Source: Acidobacteriota bacterium (lineage in GTDB: Bacteria; Acidobacteriota; Polarisedimenticolia; Gp22-AA2; AA152). From it: a DNA stretch of 48,141 bases. Every line of letters begins with the position of its first letter. The first letter of the stretch is position 1. This document shows, piece after piece, positions 26,249 to 35,572 of the stretch. A model generated the notes under the pieces. The model had not been told where the DNA came from and did no database searches. It saw only the letters and a program-made list of their open reading frames with translations. Location: NCBI GenBank assembly GCA_003222305.1, contig QHVQ01000026.1, positions 1-48,141 on the forward strand, given 5' to 3'. Made by a program: the position numbers and the translations under genes.

Positions 26249-27250
26249 GTGGCGGCCATTTTTGTGACAGGGGGCACGGGGTACCTCGGGGCGAACCTGG
26301 TGGCATGCCTAGCCGAGAAAGGAGAGGAGGTGGTCGTCCTGGCCAGGGACCCGTCGCGGGTCCGGATGCCCTTCCCGTCTATTCGGGTTTCCCGGGGAGA
26401 TGTGTTGGATCTGGAATCGTTGAGGCGGGGGCTGGAGGGATGCGACCGAGTGTTCCACGCCGCTGCCCATGTCAAGGTGTGGGACCGCGACCCTCACCGG
26501 TTCGAGGCCGTCAACGTTGGGGGATTGCGCAACCTCCTCCAGGCCGCCCGGGAACGAGAGGTCTCGCGAATTGTTTACACGAGCTCGTTCATCGCCCTGG
26601 GGCCCACCGATGGGAGCACCGGAGACGAGAACTGGAATCCCCCAGGGCGCACGTTTCACAACGAATACGAGCGAACCAAAGCGCTCGGGGATCTGCTGGC
26701 CCGAGGAGAAGCTTCGAGGGGAGCTCCTCTGGTGATTCTTTATCCGGGGGTAGTTTACGGACCAGGTCCGCTTACCCCCGGTAATCTGGTCGGACAAACG
26801 GTGACGGATTTTCTTGCTCGGCGCCTCCCGGGGCTCCTGGGTGCCGGCGACCGGAGATTCTGTTATGCGTACGTCGCCAATGTGGTCGATGGGCACATCT
26901 TGGCGATGAGAGAGGCCCGGTTAGGGAGTCGCTACATTCTGGGGGGAGAGAATCGGACACTGAGAGAACTTTTCGGTGAGCTGGGGCGGCTTACCGGCGT
27001 GCCTGCCCCCACGCGTCGAATTCCGTACTCCCTCGCGGAGCTCGCGGGACGGTGCCACCGCTGGCGCGCAAACCTCACAGGCAAGGAACCGCCGATCACC
27101 GATGAAGTGGTGCGCATCTACCGCCACGATTGGGCCTACACGAGCAGGAGGGCGGAAGAGGATCTTGGTTATACGGTCACTCCCCTGTCCCAGGGGCTTG
27201 AGCAGACCGTGCGAGCCTTGCAGGCGGAGGCACCACGAGCGACTGGATGA
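26249..27250 (+). CDS. NAD-dependent epimerase/dehydratase (extended SDR; DFR/HpnA-like)
   Basis: Motifs present are IFVTGGTGYLGANLV, YTSS and YERTKALGD. The GTG at 26249 follows GGAGGG. An alternative in-frame TTG lies at 26225. Confidence 0.75.
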   Translation: MAAIFVTGGTGYLGANLVACLAEKGEEVVVLARDPSRVRMPFPSIRVSRGDVLDLESLRRGLEGCDRVFHAAAHVKVWDRDPHRFEAVNVGGLRNLLQAAREREVSRIVYTSSFIALGPTDGSTGDENWNPPGRTFHNEYERTKALGDLLARGEASRGAPLVILYPGVVYGPGPLTPGNLVGQTVTDFLARRLPGLLGAGDRRFCYAYVANVVDGHILAMREARLGSRYILGGENRTLRELFGELGRLTGVPAPTRRIPYSLAELAGRCHRWRANLTGKEPPITDEVVRIYRHDWAYTSRRAEEDLGYTVTPLSQGLEQTVRALQAEAPRATG

Positions 27251-28806
27251 TATCCGAAGGCTTGAGGAAGTCGATTCATGTTCTCATGGGCGGATTCGCC
27301 CTTCTCCTGCGTGTCCTTCCCTGGTGGGCCGCCGCATGCTTGGCGGCGGTAGCGGTTGCATCCAACGCCACCTGGATCCCGAAGCTCGGGGGAGGCCGTC
27401 TCATGCGCCAGGAGGAACGAGAGTCCCTCCTCAAGTCGGGAGTCTGGCTCTACTCCTTCTCGGTCCTGGTGCTGATTCTCATTTTTCGCCAGCATCTGGA
27501 AATTGTCGCTTGTGCCTGGGGAATCCTCGCTTTCGGTGACGGCTTTGCCACCCTGGCAGGGAAAGGATTGGAAGGCCCGCGGCTGCCCTGGAACCCAAAA
27601 AAAAGTTGGGTCGGCTCGACAGCGTTTGTTTTGTCGGGAACTATGGGAGGCGCGGTCTTCATGCACTGGGTGGCGGGGCGGGGGAGCCATCCGCCTACCT
27701 GGGGGCGTGTGCTTGTGCTCTCCGGGGCTGCGGCCCTGGCCTGTGCCGCTGTGGAGAGCCTTTCCCTGAAACTCAATGACAACCTCTCCGTTCCTTTCCT
27801 TGCCGCCGGACTGGTCGCATCTCTGGACAAGGTGGACCCGACTCTCTTGAGAGAATCGGCGCTGCCCCCGTGGCGCGACTTCTTGCTGGCGATTCTAGTG
27901 AACCTGATCGTCGCACTCGCGGCTCGCGCGTCAGGGGCGGTCTCCTGGTCCGGCGTGGCTGGAGGCCTTGCGGTCGGGCTCACCACGGCAATCTTCGGAG
28001 GAATTCCGGCTTTCGGTGTTCTCACCTTCCAATTCTTGCTTGCCAGCGCCGCCACGAAGCTAGGCTACGCCGGCAAGGCGGCACGGGGAATTGCTCAGGA
28101 AAAGGGGGGTGCCCGCGGGGCGGTGCACGCGTTCGCGAACTGCTCGGTTGGCGCCTACCTGGCATTTCTCGCCAGCTCCGTTCCCTCGCCGCTTAAGGAG
28201 GCCCTCTGGCTCGCTTTCGTGGCCTCCTTGGCCACGGCCGTCTGTGACACACTCGGCTCCGAGATCGGGCCGCTGGCTCGAGGAAATCCATTCCTGCTTA
28301 CACACCTCAGGCGGGTCCCCGCCGGGACTCCGGGGGCAGTCTCCTTCCTGGGGACGGCGGCAGGTGGTGTGGGCGCGCTTCTGGTTGGGAGCGTGGCTGC
28401 CCTGCTGCGGGTGATCCCTGCCGCGTGGGTCGGCTTCGTTGGGGTGGCTGCTCTTCTGGGGACCTTCCTCGAATCCCTTCTGGGAGCGACTCTCGAGGCA
28501 CGGAATCTCGTGGAGAGCGAGACCATCAACTTTATTCGTGAAGCCTTGGCACGCTTTGGGGGAGCCCTCGTCGTCGAGCCCGTTTGGGCTCGCGAGCCCG
28601 CTTTCTCGCTGGAAGACTTTCCTGGTCTTCTCCCGGCCGTTCACGCTGCTGCCGCCGCTCTTGGGAGTGATCTCCGGTGCACTCACCGCCTTCGGCTCCG
28701 CTCACAATCCGGACCCGCAACATCGGGTGAACTTGAGTCTTCTTGCCACCGTGACCCTGGGGTCCCTCTGCGCAGCGTTTCTGAACGCCGCGTCCAACGG
28801 TATTAA
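27247..28806 (+). CDS. Fusion of a CTP-dependent polyprenol/phytol kinase-like domain (COG0170, SEC59/VTE5 family) and a DUF92 domain (COG1836, VTE6 family); 3' end uncertain
   Basis: The N-terminal half has LRKSIHVLMG...AFGDGFATLAGKGLEGPRLPWNPKKSWVGSTAF. The C-terminal half has FLLASAATKLGYAGKA...GGARGAVHAFANCSVG...CDTLGSEIG...SLLGATLE...ETINFI. The ATGA overlap with the upstream gene marks the start. The last ~75 codons overlap the UbiA ORF. Confidence 0.7.
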   Translation: MISEGLRKSIHVLMGGFALLLRVLPWWAAACLAAVAVASNATWIPKLGGGRLMRQEERESLLKSGVWLYSFSVLVLILIFRQHLEIVACAWGILAFGDGFATLAGKGLEGPRLPWNPKKSWVGSTAFVLSGTMGGAVFMHWVAGRGSHPPTWGRVLVLSGAAALACAAVESLSLKLNDNLSVPFLAAGLVASLDKVDPTLLRESALPPWRDFLLAILVNLIVALAARASGAVSWSGVAGGLAVGLTTAIFGGIPAFGVLTFQFLLASAATKLGYAGKAARGIAQEKGGARGAVHAFANCSVGAYLAFLASSVPSPLKEALWLAFVASLATAVCDTLGSEIGPLARGNPFLLTHLRRVPAGTPGAVSFLGTAAGGVGALLVGSVAALLRVIPAAWVGFVGVAALLGTFLESLLGATLEARNLVESETINFIREALARFGGALVVEPVWAREPAFSLEDFPGLLPAVHAAAAALGSDLRCTHRLRLRSQSGPATSGELESSCHRDPGVPLRSVSERRVQRY

Positions 28807-29587
28807 CCAAGTCTATGACCTGGAGATCGATCGAAGGAACAAGCCGACCCGGCCCTTAGTGTCTGGGGCCATCTCCCTGGGGGAAGGGTGGTGGTTCTCC
28901 GTGGCTCTCTATGCTCTTGCCATAGTGCCAACCTGGCTCGTGGTGGTTTACCCTTATGGGGGCTTCCTAGAAAAAGCGGCGGCTCCGTTGCCACGGCACG
29001 AGTGCTTCTTCATCTATCTCGCAGGCCTGATTCTGACCCTGGTCTACTCCGTTCCCGCCTTTGGGAGGACGAAGCGGAATGGATTTTGGGCCAACGTCAC
29101 CATCGCTATCCCCCGCGGCTGTCTGCTCAAGGTAGCAGGATGGTCCATGGTGGCCAGCGTCCACCATCTGGAGCCCTGGTACATCGGCACGATTTTTCTA
29201 TTGTTCCTGCTGGGGGCAAGCACGACCAAGGATTTCTCGGACATGGAGGGAGACAAGGCCCACGGATGTATTACCTTGCCCATCCGGTACGGGGTGCGGA
29301 GAGCCGCCTGGTTCATCACGCCCTTCTTCGTCCTCCCGTGGCTTCTGATGCCCATCGGTGCGGCCCTGCGGAATCCCCTAAACCCCGCACAGCGTCTGCT
29401 GACCGGCAATCCCGTGATGCTGACTCTCGTCGGGACCGTTCTGGTAGTTTGGGGCACCTACACCTCCTATCTGGTGATCCGGCAACCCGAGGAGTTGGCC
29501 ACGAGCGAAAACCATCCCTCGTGGACCCACATGTACCTGATGATGATGTTCGCGCAGGTGGGGTTCTCGGTTGCGTACCTGTTTTGA
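28439..29587 (+). CDS. UbiA-family prenyltransferase (ChlG/BchG/DGGGPS-like clade); start uncertain (TTG 28439, GTG 28538 or TTG 28556)
   Basis: The Asp-rich motifs are NGINQVYDLEIDRRNKPTRPLVSGAIS and KDFSDMEGDKAHGCITLPIRYG. There are multiple TM segments. Confidence 0.75.
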   Translation: MGWLLFWGPSSNPFWERLSRHGISWRARPSTLFVKPWHALGEPSSSSPFGLASPLSRWKTFLVFSRPFTLLPPLLGVISGALTAFGSAHNPDPQHRVNLSLLATVTLGSLCAAFLNAASNGINQVYDLEIDRRNKPTRPLVSGAISLGEGWWFSVALYALAIVPTWLVVVYPYGGFLEKAAAPLPRHECFFIYLAGLILTLVYSVPAFGRTKRNGFWANVTIAIPRGCLLKVAGWSMVASVHHLEPWYIGTIFLLFLLGASTTKDFSDMEGDKAHGCITLPIRYGVRRAAWFITPFFVLPWLLMPIGAALRNPLNPAQRLLTGNPVMLTLVGTVLVVWGTYTSYLVIRQPEELATSENHPSWTHMYLMMMFAQVGFSVAYLF

Positions 29588-30857
29588 GCGTGCGGCTTTC
29601 CCGTCGACGACCGTAGGCCTCCTCTTCACCTGGCGAATACTCGCCTGCCTGCTGGTCCTGCCGCTTCTTGACACCCCCGCGCAGGGGGACCCTGCATCGC
29701 GGGAGACGACGCTGGTTTTGTTGTCCCTGGACGGGGTGCGGCATGATTATCCCGAACGAGTGAAAGGTGGCGCCTTCGAAAAACTGGCGCGGGAAGGATC
29801 TCGCGCCGATCGGCTCATTCCTCCCTTTCCGGCCTCCACATTTCCCGCCCATGCGACGCTGGCCACGGGCTGCTATCCCGAGCGGCACGGCATTCTAAAC
29901 AGCAGGTTTCTCGACACCCGCAGGGGCGAGTACGACCGGTCGGAGGATCCGGGGTGGTTGGCCTGCGAGCCGATCTGGATCACGGCAGAGAGGCAAGGGT
30001 TGAAGTCGGCAGTGCTGAATTGGAGCGGTTCGTTCGGACAGTGGGGTGGAAGGGCCGCCACGTACCACGAGGTGGGCTTTCAGCCGCGCGATAATCAGGG
30101 GGCCATCGACCAGGTTCTCGATTGGCTACGCCTGCCGCCGGCCGCCCGGCCCAGGCTCGTGGCCGCCTACCTGGCGGGGGCTGACCACGAGGGGCACGAG
30201 GGGGGACCGGACTCCGTGGCAGTGAATCGAAAACTCCAATCTCTGGATCGCCTGCTTAGCAGGCTGCTTCGCGGGATCGAAGGAATTCCGGAATCGGAGG
30301 CCTTCCAGGTGATGCTGGTGTCGGACCATGGGATGGCCACACGGAGGGGATGGTTGGATCCTCAAGCTGCACTTGCGGGCGCCCATGTGACCCAGCGTAC
30401 GTTCACGTCGGGTGGTACGGCGAATGTCTATCTGGGCCAGAGAGAAGACCGGGAACGAGCGGTGAAAGCCCTTTCCGGACTGCCGGGACTGGAGATCTTC
30501 TTTGCCAATACCCTGCCTCAGGATCTGCGCTATTCGTTCCCCGGAAGAACCGGTGACCTGATTCTGTTGGCGCCGGTGGGTGTGGAGCTAGGCAGGGAGC
30601 GGGGCCCGGATCGAAGACGCAGGGGAGGTGTTCACGGCTACCGTGGAACCGCGGAGGAGATGGGGGGAATCTTCTACGGCTGGGGGACTGCCTTTCAGAG
30701 GGGCGCGAAGATTTCGAGCGTCGAGGCGGCGGAGATCTATTCGCTGGCCTGCGCTGTTCTGGGAATTCGACCCTCACCCCAGGCCCAGGGAAGGGTTCCT
30801 CTTGGGTTGCTCATGACTCAGGAAGAGGGGAAGGTTTCGACCCGGGGTCGGAGGTGA
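29571..30857 (+). CDS. Nucleotide pyrophosphatase/phosphodiesterase (alkaline-phosphatase superfamily, NPP type), secreted
   Basis: A signal-like N-terminus is followed by LVLLSLDGVRHDY, FPASTFPAHATLATGCYPERHGI, AGADHEGHEGGP and VSDHGM. The start is TTG at 29571. Confidence 0.8.
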   Translation: MRTCFERAAFPSTTVGLLFTWRILACLLVLPLLDTPAQGDPASRETTLVLLSLDGVRHDYPERVKGGAFEKLAREGSRADRLIPPFPASTFPAHATLATGCYPERHGILNSRFLDTRRGEYDRSEDPGWLACEPIWITAERQGLKSAVLNWSGSFGQWGGRAATYHEVGFQPRDNQGAIDQVLDWLRLPPAARPRLVAAYLAGADHEGHEGGPDSVAVNRKLQSLDRLLSRLLRGIEGIPESEAFQVMLVSDHGMATRRGWLDPQAALAGAHVTQRTFTSGGTANVYLGQREDRERAVKALSGLPGLEIFFANTLPQDLRYSFPGRTGDLILLAPVGVELGRERGPDRRRRGGVHGYRGTAEEMGGIFYGWGTAFQRGAKISSVEAAEIYSLACAVLGIRPSPQAQGRVPLGLLMTQEEGKVSTRGRR

Positions 30858-31470
30858 CCGCGTCCGTGGCGATGCGCGCCACCCGCACTTGCGCCGGTCT
30901 CAGCACCTGCCCGCCCATCTGGTATCCCCGCCGGACCTCCTCTACGATCGTGTTGTCCTCACTCGGCGTGGCGGCGCCGGTGACCTCCACGGCCTCGGCG
31001 AGGTGGGGGTCGTAAGGGGTTCCCACGAGCACCATGGGCTCCACGCCCTGCCGGGCCAGGGTCGACAGAAACTGGTCCCGGACCTTGAGAATCCCCTCGC
31101 GCAGGGCTGCCGGGTCGCTCTGGGTGGCGGCGGAAGCCGCCCCCCGGTCGAGGCTGTCCATCACTTCCAGCATGGCATTCAACCAGCTCTCCATCTCGGC
31201 TCGTGATCGGCGTTCTGATTCCCGCTTGAGACGGGCACGGAAATCGTCCGCCTCGGCCTCCCGTCGGCGCAGCAGATTTAGCCCCTCCGCGAGCTTTGCC
31301 TCCGCTGCCCGAGCCCTTTCCTCCAATTCCACGACGAGGCTGGGGTGGCGCGGCTCGGGGATCGAGTCCTGCGGTTCCTTTCCGGACGGGTTCTCGTAGT
31401 TCGGGCGTCGGTCTGTAACGCGGAAGGGAATGGAACTCGTCGACTCGGGGGGAGTCTTGGTTCTGTCCAT
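30811..31470 (-). CDS. grpE: Nucleotide exchange factor GrpE
   Basis: 219-aa ORF with a coiled-coil region, then LLEVMDSLDRG... and VEPMVLVGTPYDPHLAEAVE...IVEEVRRGYQMGGQVLRPAQVRV. Confidence 0.85.
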   Translation of the reverse strand: MDRTKTPPESTSSIPFRVTDRRPNYENPSGKEPQDSIPEPRHPSLVVELEERARAAEAKLAEGLNLLRRREAEADDFRARLKRESERRSRAEMESWLNAMLEVMDSLDRGAASAATQSDPAALREGILKVRDQFLSTLARQGVEPMVLVGTPYDPHLAEAVEVTGAATPSEDNTIVEEVRRGYQMGGQVLRPAQVRVARIATDAVTSDPGSKPSPLPES

Positions 31471-31481
31471 GGCGAAAAACC

Positions 31482-32336
31482 TCAGGGGCGACCCAGCAGC
31501 CGCCGAATCCTCTCAGGGATGGGAGGGTGGGTGCTGAAGAGATTCATGAGCGTGACCGCCGAGAAGGGCTTCACAATGAAAAGGTGGCTTGTCGTGGGAC
31601 CTCCGGCTGCCAGCATAGGGACCCGCTTGGATTGTTGGTCCAGCTTCTCCAGTGCCCGAGCCAGACCATAGGGGTGTCCGGCCAATTCCGCTCCGGTGGC
31701 GTCGGCCTGGTACTCCCTCGAACGCGAAACGGCCATTTGGATCAGCATCGCGGCAACCGGGGCGACGATGGCAGCCACCAGGAGTCCCATGAAAGAGTTG
31801 TCGCGGTTGCTGTCGCGACGATCTCCCATGCCCCCGAAAATCGCGGTCCACTTGGCCATGTTTGCAAGGAACATGACGGCTCCCGCCAGTGTGGCGGCGA
31901 CAGAACTGATGAGAATGTCCCGGTTTTTCACGTGACTCAGCTCATGGGCCAGTACGCCTTCCATCTCCTCGTCGTTCAGCAGTTCCAGGATGCCCTGGGT
32001 GACAGCCACCGCCGCATGGTCCGGGTTCCGGCCGGTGGCGAAGGCGTTAGGGGCTCGCTCGGGCACCATGTAGAGGCGCGGCATGGGAAGAGAGGACCTG
32101 GCACAGAGTCGCTCGACGATAGAGTACAGCCTAGGGGCCTCTTCCCGTGAGATCGGTCGAGCTCCAGTGGCAGCCAGCACCATCTTGTCCGAAAACCAGT
32201 ACGAGAAGAAATTCATGCCCGCGGCGAGAGCCAGGGCCAGGGCGGCGCCGCTTCGTCCGCCGAAATAACCTCCCACGGCCACGATCAAAATCGTGAGGAG
32301 GCCCAGAAGAAACGCTGTTTTCATCGCATTAATCAT
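31482..32336 (-). CDS. htpX: M48-family membrane protease HtpX
   Basis: The zinc motif is HELSHVKNRD. TM segments are present, and the C-terminal tail is STHPPIPERI. Confidence 0.9.
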   Translation of the reverse strand: MINAMKTAFLLGLLTILIVAVGGYFGGRSGAALALALAAGMNFFSYWFSDKMVLAATGARPISREEAPRLYSIVERLCARSSLPMPRLYMVPERAPNAFATGRNPDHAAVAVTQGILELLNDEEMEGVLAHELSHVKNRDILISSVAATLAGAVMFLANMAKWTAIFGGMGDRRDSNRDNSFMGLLVAAIVAPVAAMLIQMAVSRSREYQADATGAELAGHPYGLARALEKLDQQSKRVPMLAAGGPTTSHLFIVKPFSAVTLMNLFSTHPPIPERIRRLLGRP

Positions 32337-32370
32337 GAAGTGGAATCTCCGGGGTCATAGAAGCACGCCA

Positions 32371-32817
32371 TCAGCGCACATCCACCCTGATTTGCCTGGA
32401 TTGAGTCTCCGCCTTTTTGGGCAAGATCACCTCCAGGACTCCGTTTTTTAGCTCCGCCTGGATCGCCGTCTGGTTGAGGGTGCGGGGAAGGGTGAAGCTC
32501 CGACAAAACTTGCCGATTGGCCGCTCGATCCTGTGGAAGTCCTCCCGGCGAGCGGCGGGATCGAAAATCCTTTCTCCCTTGAGCGTCAGCCGGTCGTTTT
32601 CGATTTTCAGCTCAATCTGCTCAATCGAAATGCCGGGCAGGTCCGCCCGAAGCACGATCCGATCTGGCGTTTCCTGAATGTCCACGGCAGGGGACCAACT
32701 CCCTTCCTGGATCTCTTCCTCCCGTCCATCACTTCGCAAGAAAGTCTGGTCGAACATCTGGTTCATCCGCTCCTGAAGCTTCGACAGGTCCCGGAAGGGA
32801 TCTCGTACGATGCTCAT
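32371..32817 (-). CDS. Small heat-shock protein (Hsp20/alpha-crystallin family)
   Basis: 148-aa ORF with WSPAVDIQETPDRIVLRADLPGI..., G.FCRSFTLP and AELKNGVLEVILPK. Confidence 0.9.
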   Translation of the reverse strand: MSIVRDPFRDLSKLQERMNQMFDQTFLRSDGREEEIQEGSWSPAVDIQETPDRIVLRADLPGISIEQIELKIENDRLTLKGERIFDPAARREDFHRIERPIGKFCRSFTLPRTLNQTAIQAELKNGVLEVILPKKAETQSRQIRVDVR

Positions 32818-32882
32818 GTCGCCCTCCTGGGAGCATCGGCGGCCGCTCCCGTCGCTCTTGACGCGTCTTGCAGGGTGTCCGG

Positions 32883-32911
32883 AGTCTACCGGTACCCTAG
32901 ATTGCGGTCAA
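32883..32911 (-). promoter_or_regulatory. Candidate internal promoter ahead of hsp20 (TTGACC-17-TAGACT)
   Basis: On the minus strand, TTGACC is at 32911-32906 and TAGACT at 32888-32883, in the 110-nt clpB-hsp20 spacer. Confidence 0.35.
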
Positions 32912-32927
32912 ACTCTCTGCTCCGCTG

Positions 32928-35507
32928 TCATGCCGCCCTTTCGAAGACGAGGTCGCTACCTTTTGCGTTTAAGTTCACGTTCACACGGTCGCCGGATTTC
33001 AGCCTCCCGGAAAGCAATTCCACGGACAATGGATCCAGGATGGCCCGCTGAATGGCCCGCTTCAGCGGCCGGGCACCAAAATCGGGGTCGTATCCGATCC
33101 GGGCCAGGTACTCCTTGGCTCGAGGCGTCACTGAGAGAGCGAGCTTCCGGTCCGACAGGGAGTGCTCCACCCGGGCGAGCTGAATATCGACGATTCGGCT
33201 CAGGTCCTCACGGGTCAGAGGATCGAAACGCACGATCTCGTCGATGCGATTCAAAAACTCCGGCCGAAAATGCTTCCGGAGTTCAGCGATCAACTCCCTC
33301 TCCCCGTCCCGGCGAGCGCCGGTGGCGGGGAGAGGGATGTTGGATGTCATAATCACCAGCGTGTTTCTGAAATCTACCACCCGACCCTGGCCATCGGTCA
33401 GGCGACCATCGTCGAGAAGCTGTAGAAATACGCCGAACACTTCCGGATGGGCTTTCTCTATCTCGTCGAAGAGCACCACCGTGTAAGGACGCCGGCGCAC
33501 GGCTTCTGTGAGCTGGCCCCCTTCTTCATACCCCACATATCCCGGGGGGGCGCCGATGAGCCGCGCCACGGCGTGCCGCTCCGTGTACTCAGACATGTCT
33601 ATGCGCACCATGGCCCGCTCGTCGTCGAACAGGTTCTCGGCCAGAGCCTTGGCCAGTTCGGTCTTGCCGACCCCGGTGGGACCGATGAAGATGAAGGATC
33701 CGAGGGGACGGTTCGGGTCCTGAATTCCGGCGCGGGCGCGGCGCACGGCATTGGAGACCGCTGCAATGGCACCTGGCTGGCCCACCACGCGGCGCGCGAG
33801 CCGCTCCTCGAGACCCAGGAGCCTTTCCACTTCTCCGCGGAGCAACCGCGAGACCGGGATCCCGGTCCACTTCGCCACGATTTCGGCCACGTCCTCCTCG
33901 TCCACCTCTTCCTTGAGCATCTTCTGTTCTCTCTGCAGATCGTTCAGCCGCTGGTTGGCCTCGCCAAGCCTTTTCTGCAGCGCCTGCAAGGTACCGTACT
34001 TGAGCTCGGCTGCTCTGCCCAGGTTTCCCTCTCGTTCGGCCTTTTCAGCCGCCATGCGGGCGTTTTCCGACTCTTCCTTGAGGGTGCGGATTTCCTGAAT
34101 GACTTTCTTCTCCGCCTCCCAGTGGGCGCGCATCCGATCCCGCTGCTCCCCGAGCTGAGCCAACTCCGCCGCCAGTTTCTCGAGACGCTCCCGGGAGGCG
34201 GGATCCTTCTCCTTCTTGAGAGCTTCCCGCTCGATCTCCAGCTGTACGATACGGCGCTGGATCTCGTCGATCTCCGTGGGGAGGGAGTCAATCTCAATAC
34301 GCAGCCGGGAGGCGGCCTCGTCAATCAGATCGATGGCCTTGTCGGGCAAAAACCGCTCGGAGATGTAGCGGTGGGAAAGGGTGGCGGCAGCGATGAGCGC
34401 CGAATCCTGGATCCGCACCCCGTGATGCAGCTCATAACGCTCCTTGAGTCCGCGGAGAATGGCGATGGTGTCTCCTACCGTCGGTTCCTTAACCAAAACG
34501 GGCTGAAAGCGCCTCTCCAACGCGGCGTCCTTCTCGATGTGCTTCCGATATTCGTCCAGTGTGGTGGCCCCCACGCAGCGCAGCTCGCCGCGCGCCAGGG
34601 CTGGCTTGAGCATATTGGAAGCGTCGATGGCCCCTTCCGCGGAGCCAGCCCCGACGAGAGTATGGAGCTCGTCGATGAAGAGGATTACCGAACCCTGGGA
34701 TTCGTAGATCTCCTTCAGCACAGCTTTGAGGCGATCTTCGAATTCGCCCCGGTACTTGGCTCCTGCGATGAGTGCACCCAGATCCAGCGCCACGAGTCGC
34801 TTGTTCTTCAGCGTTTCGGGGATGTCCCCATCGACAATTCGCAGCGCCAACCCTTCTACGATGGCGGTCTTGCCCACTCCCGGCTCGCCGATGAGAACCG
34901 GGTTGTTCTTGGTGCGTCGGGAGAGGACTTGAATCACACGGCGGATCTCATCGTCCCGGCCGATGACTGGATCGAGCTTTCGCTGTTTGGCCAGAGCGGT
35001 GAGGTCCCTTCCATAACGGACCAGGGCTTGGTACTTCCCTTCGGGTTCGGGGTCCGTGACACGCTGGTGGCCGCGCACGACCTTGAGAGAGCTAAGGAGG
35101 CCCTGGGGATCCAGGCGGAGGCTGCGGAAGAGAGAGGCCAGACTCCCGGGCGACTGGACGGCTGCCATGAAAAGGTGCTCGGAACTGACGTAGTCATCGG
35201 CAAAACGAGAGGCGATTTCCACCGCCGATTCAAGAACTCGCTGGAGCTCCTCCGAGAGCCTCGGCTCGATGCCCGACCCGCTGACTTGTGGGTACTTCAG
35301 GAGCAGCTGCCGGACGCCTGCCTCAAGGGAGGTCCTGTCCGTCCCCATCTGGTCCAGGAGGGAAGGGACAACTCCATCAGGCTGAGAAATCAAGGCGAGG
35401 ACAAGATGTTCGATCGTGATGGCCTGGTGGCCCATGGAAGCGGCCAATCGCTGACTTTCGGACAAAGCCTCGCGAGCCTTGTTCGTGAATTTCTCAAAAT
35501 TTATCAA
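32928..35507 (-). CDS. clpB: ATP-dependent chaperone/disaggregase ClpB
   Basis: 859-aa ORF with two AAA+ modules ([15 protein letters not shown]; [15 protein letters not shown]), a middle coiled-coil domain and [11 protein letters not shown]. The TTG start follows GAGGT. Confidence 0.95.
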   Translation of the reverse strand: MINFEKFTNKAREALSESQRLAASMGHQAITIEHLVLALISQPDGVVPSLLDQMGTDRTSLEAGVRQLLLKYPQVSGSGIEPRLSEELQRVLESAVEIASRFADDYVSSEHLFMAAVQSPGSLASLFRSLRLDPQGLLSSLKVVRGHQRVTDPEPEGKYQALVRYGRDLTALAKQRKLDPVIGRDDEIRRVIQVLSRRTKNNPVLIGEPGVGKTAIVEGLALRIVDGDIPETLKNKRLVALDLGALIAGAKYRGEFEDRLKAVLKEIYESQGSVILFIDELHTLVGAGSAEGAIDASNMLKPALARGELRCVGATTLDEYRKHIEKDAALERRFQPVLVKEPTVGDTIAILRGLKERYELHHGVRIQDSALIAAATLSHRYISERFLPDKAIDLIDEAASRLRIEIDSLPTEIDEIQRRIVQLEIEREALKKEKDPASRERLEKLAAELAQLGEQRDRMRAHWEAEKKVIQEIRTLKEESENARMAAEKAEREGNLGRAAELKYGTLQALQKRLGEANQRLNDLQREQKMLKEEVDEEDVAEIVAKWTGIPVSRLLRGEVERLLGLEERLARRVVGQPGAIAAVSNAVRRARAGIQDPNRPLGSFIFIGPTGVGKTELAKALAENLFDDERAMVRIDMSEYTERHAVARLIGAPPGYVGYEEGGQLTEAVRRRPYTVVLFDEIEKAHPEVFGVFLQLLDDGRLTDGQGRVVDFRNTLVIMTSNIPLPATGARRDGERELIAELRKHFRPEFLNRIDEIVRFDPLTREDLSRIVDIQLARVEHSLSDRKLALSVTPRAKEYLARIGYDPDFGARPLKRAIQRAILDPLSVELLSGRLKSGDRVNVNLNAKGSDLVFERAA

Positions 35508-35543
35508 TAGGTTACCTCGTCTTCTTCCATTTAGTCAGGCCAT

Positions 35544-35572
35544 AGTATAAAAGTTTAGTCTAAGATAGTCAA
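35544..35572 (-). promoter_or_regulatory. Candidate clpB operon promoter (TTGACT-17-TATACT) inside an AT-rich island with TTAGTC repeats
   Basis: On the minus strand, TTGACT is at 35572-35567 and TATACT at 35549-35544. TTAGTC occurs at 35531 and 35555, and ATAGTC at 35565. A TTAGTCTAA palindrome lies at 35555-35563. Confidence 0.45.

Noticed and set aside
25393-30857. Interpreting the SDR/UbiA/phosphatase genes as a decaprenyl-phospho-arabinose-like (UbiA/DprE1/DprE2) pathway.
   Set aside because: No DprE1-type FAD oxidase is present. The UbiA motifs look closer to the ChlG/DGGGPS clade than what I would expect for a phosphoribosyltransferase. I keep this only as an alternative to test, not as a call.
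33447-35510. 687-aa ORF antisense to clpB. Similar long antisense or overlapping ORFs lie at 44226-45431, 43810-44352, 18629-19618, 18337-19008, 17856-18560, 16632-17348, 15855-16502, 11091-12026, 22402-23361, 6995-7783, 9261-10100 and 27450-28055.
   Set aside because: Each lies opposite or out of frame to a gene with strong full-length family similarity. Their translations are low-complexity Arg/Pro/Gly-rich, as expected for stop-poor frames in GC-rich DNA, and no motifs were recognised.
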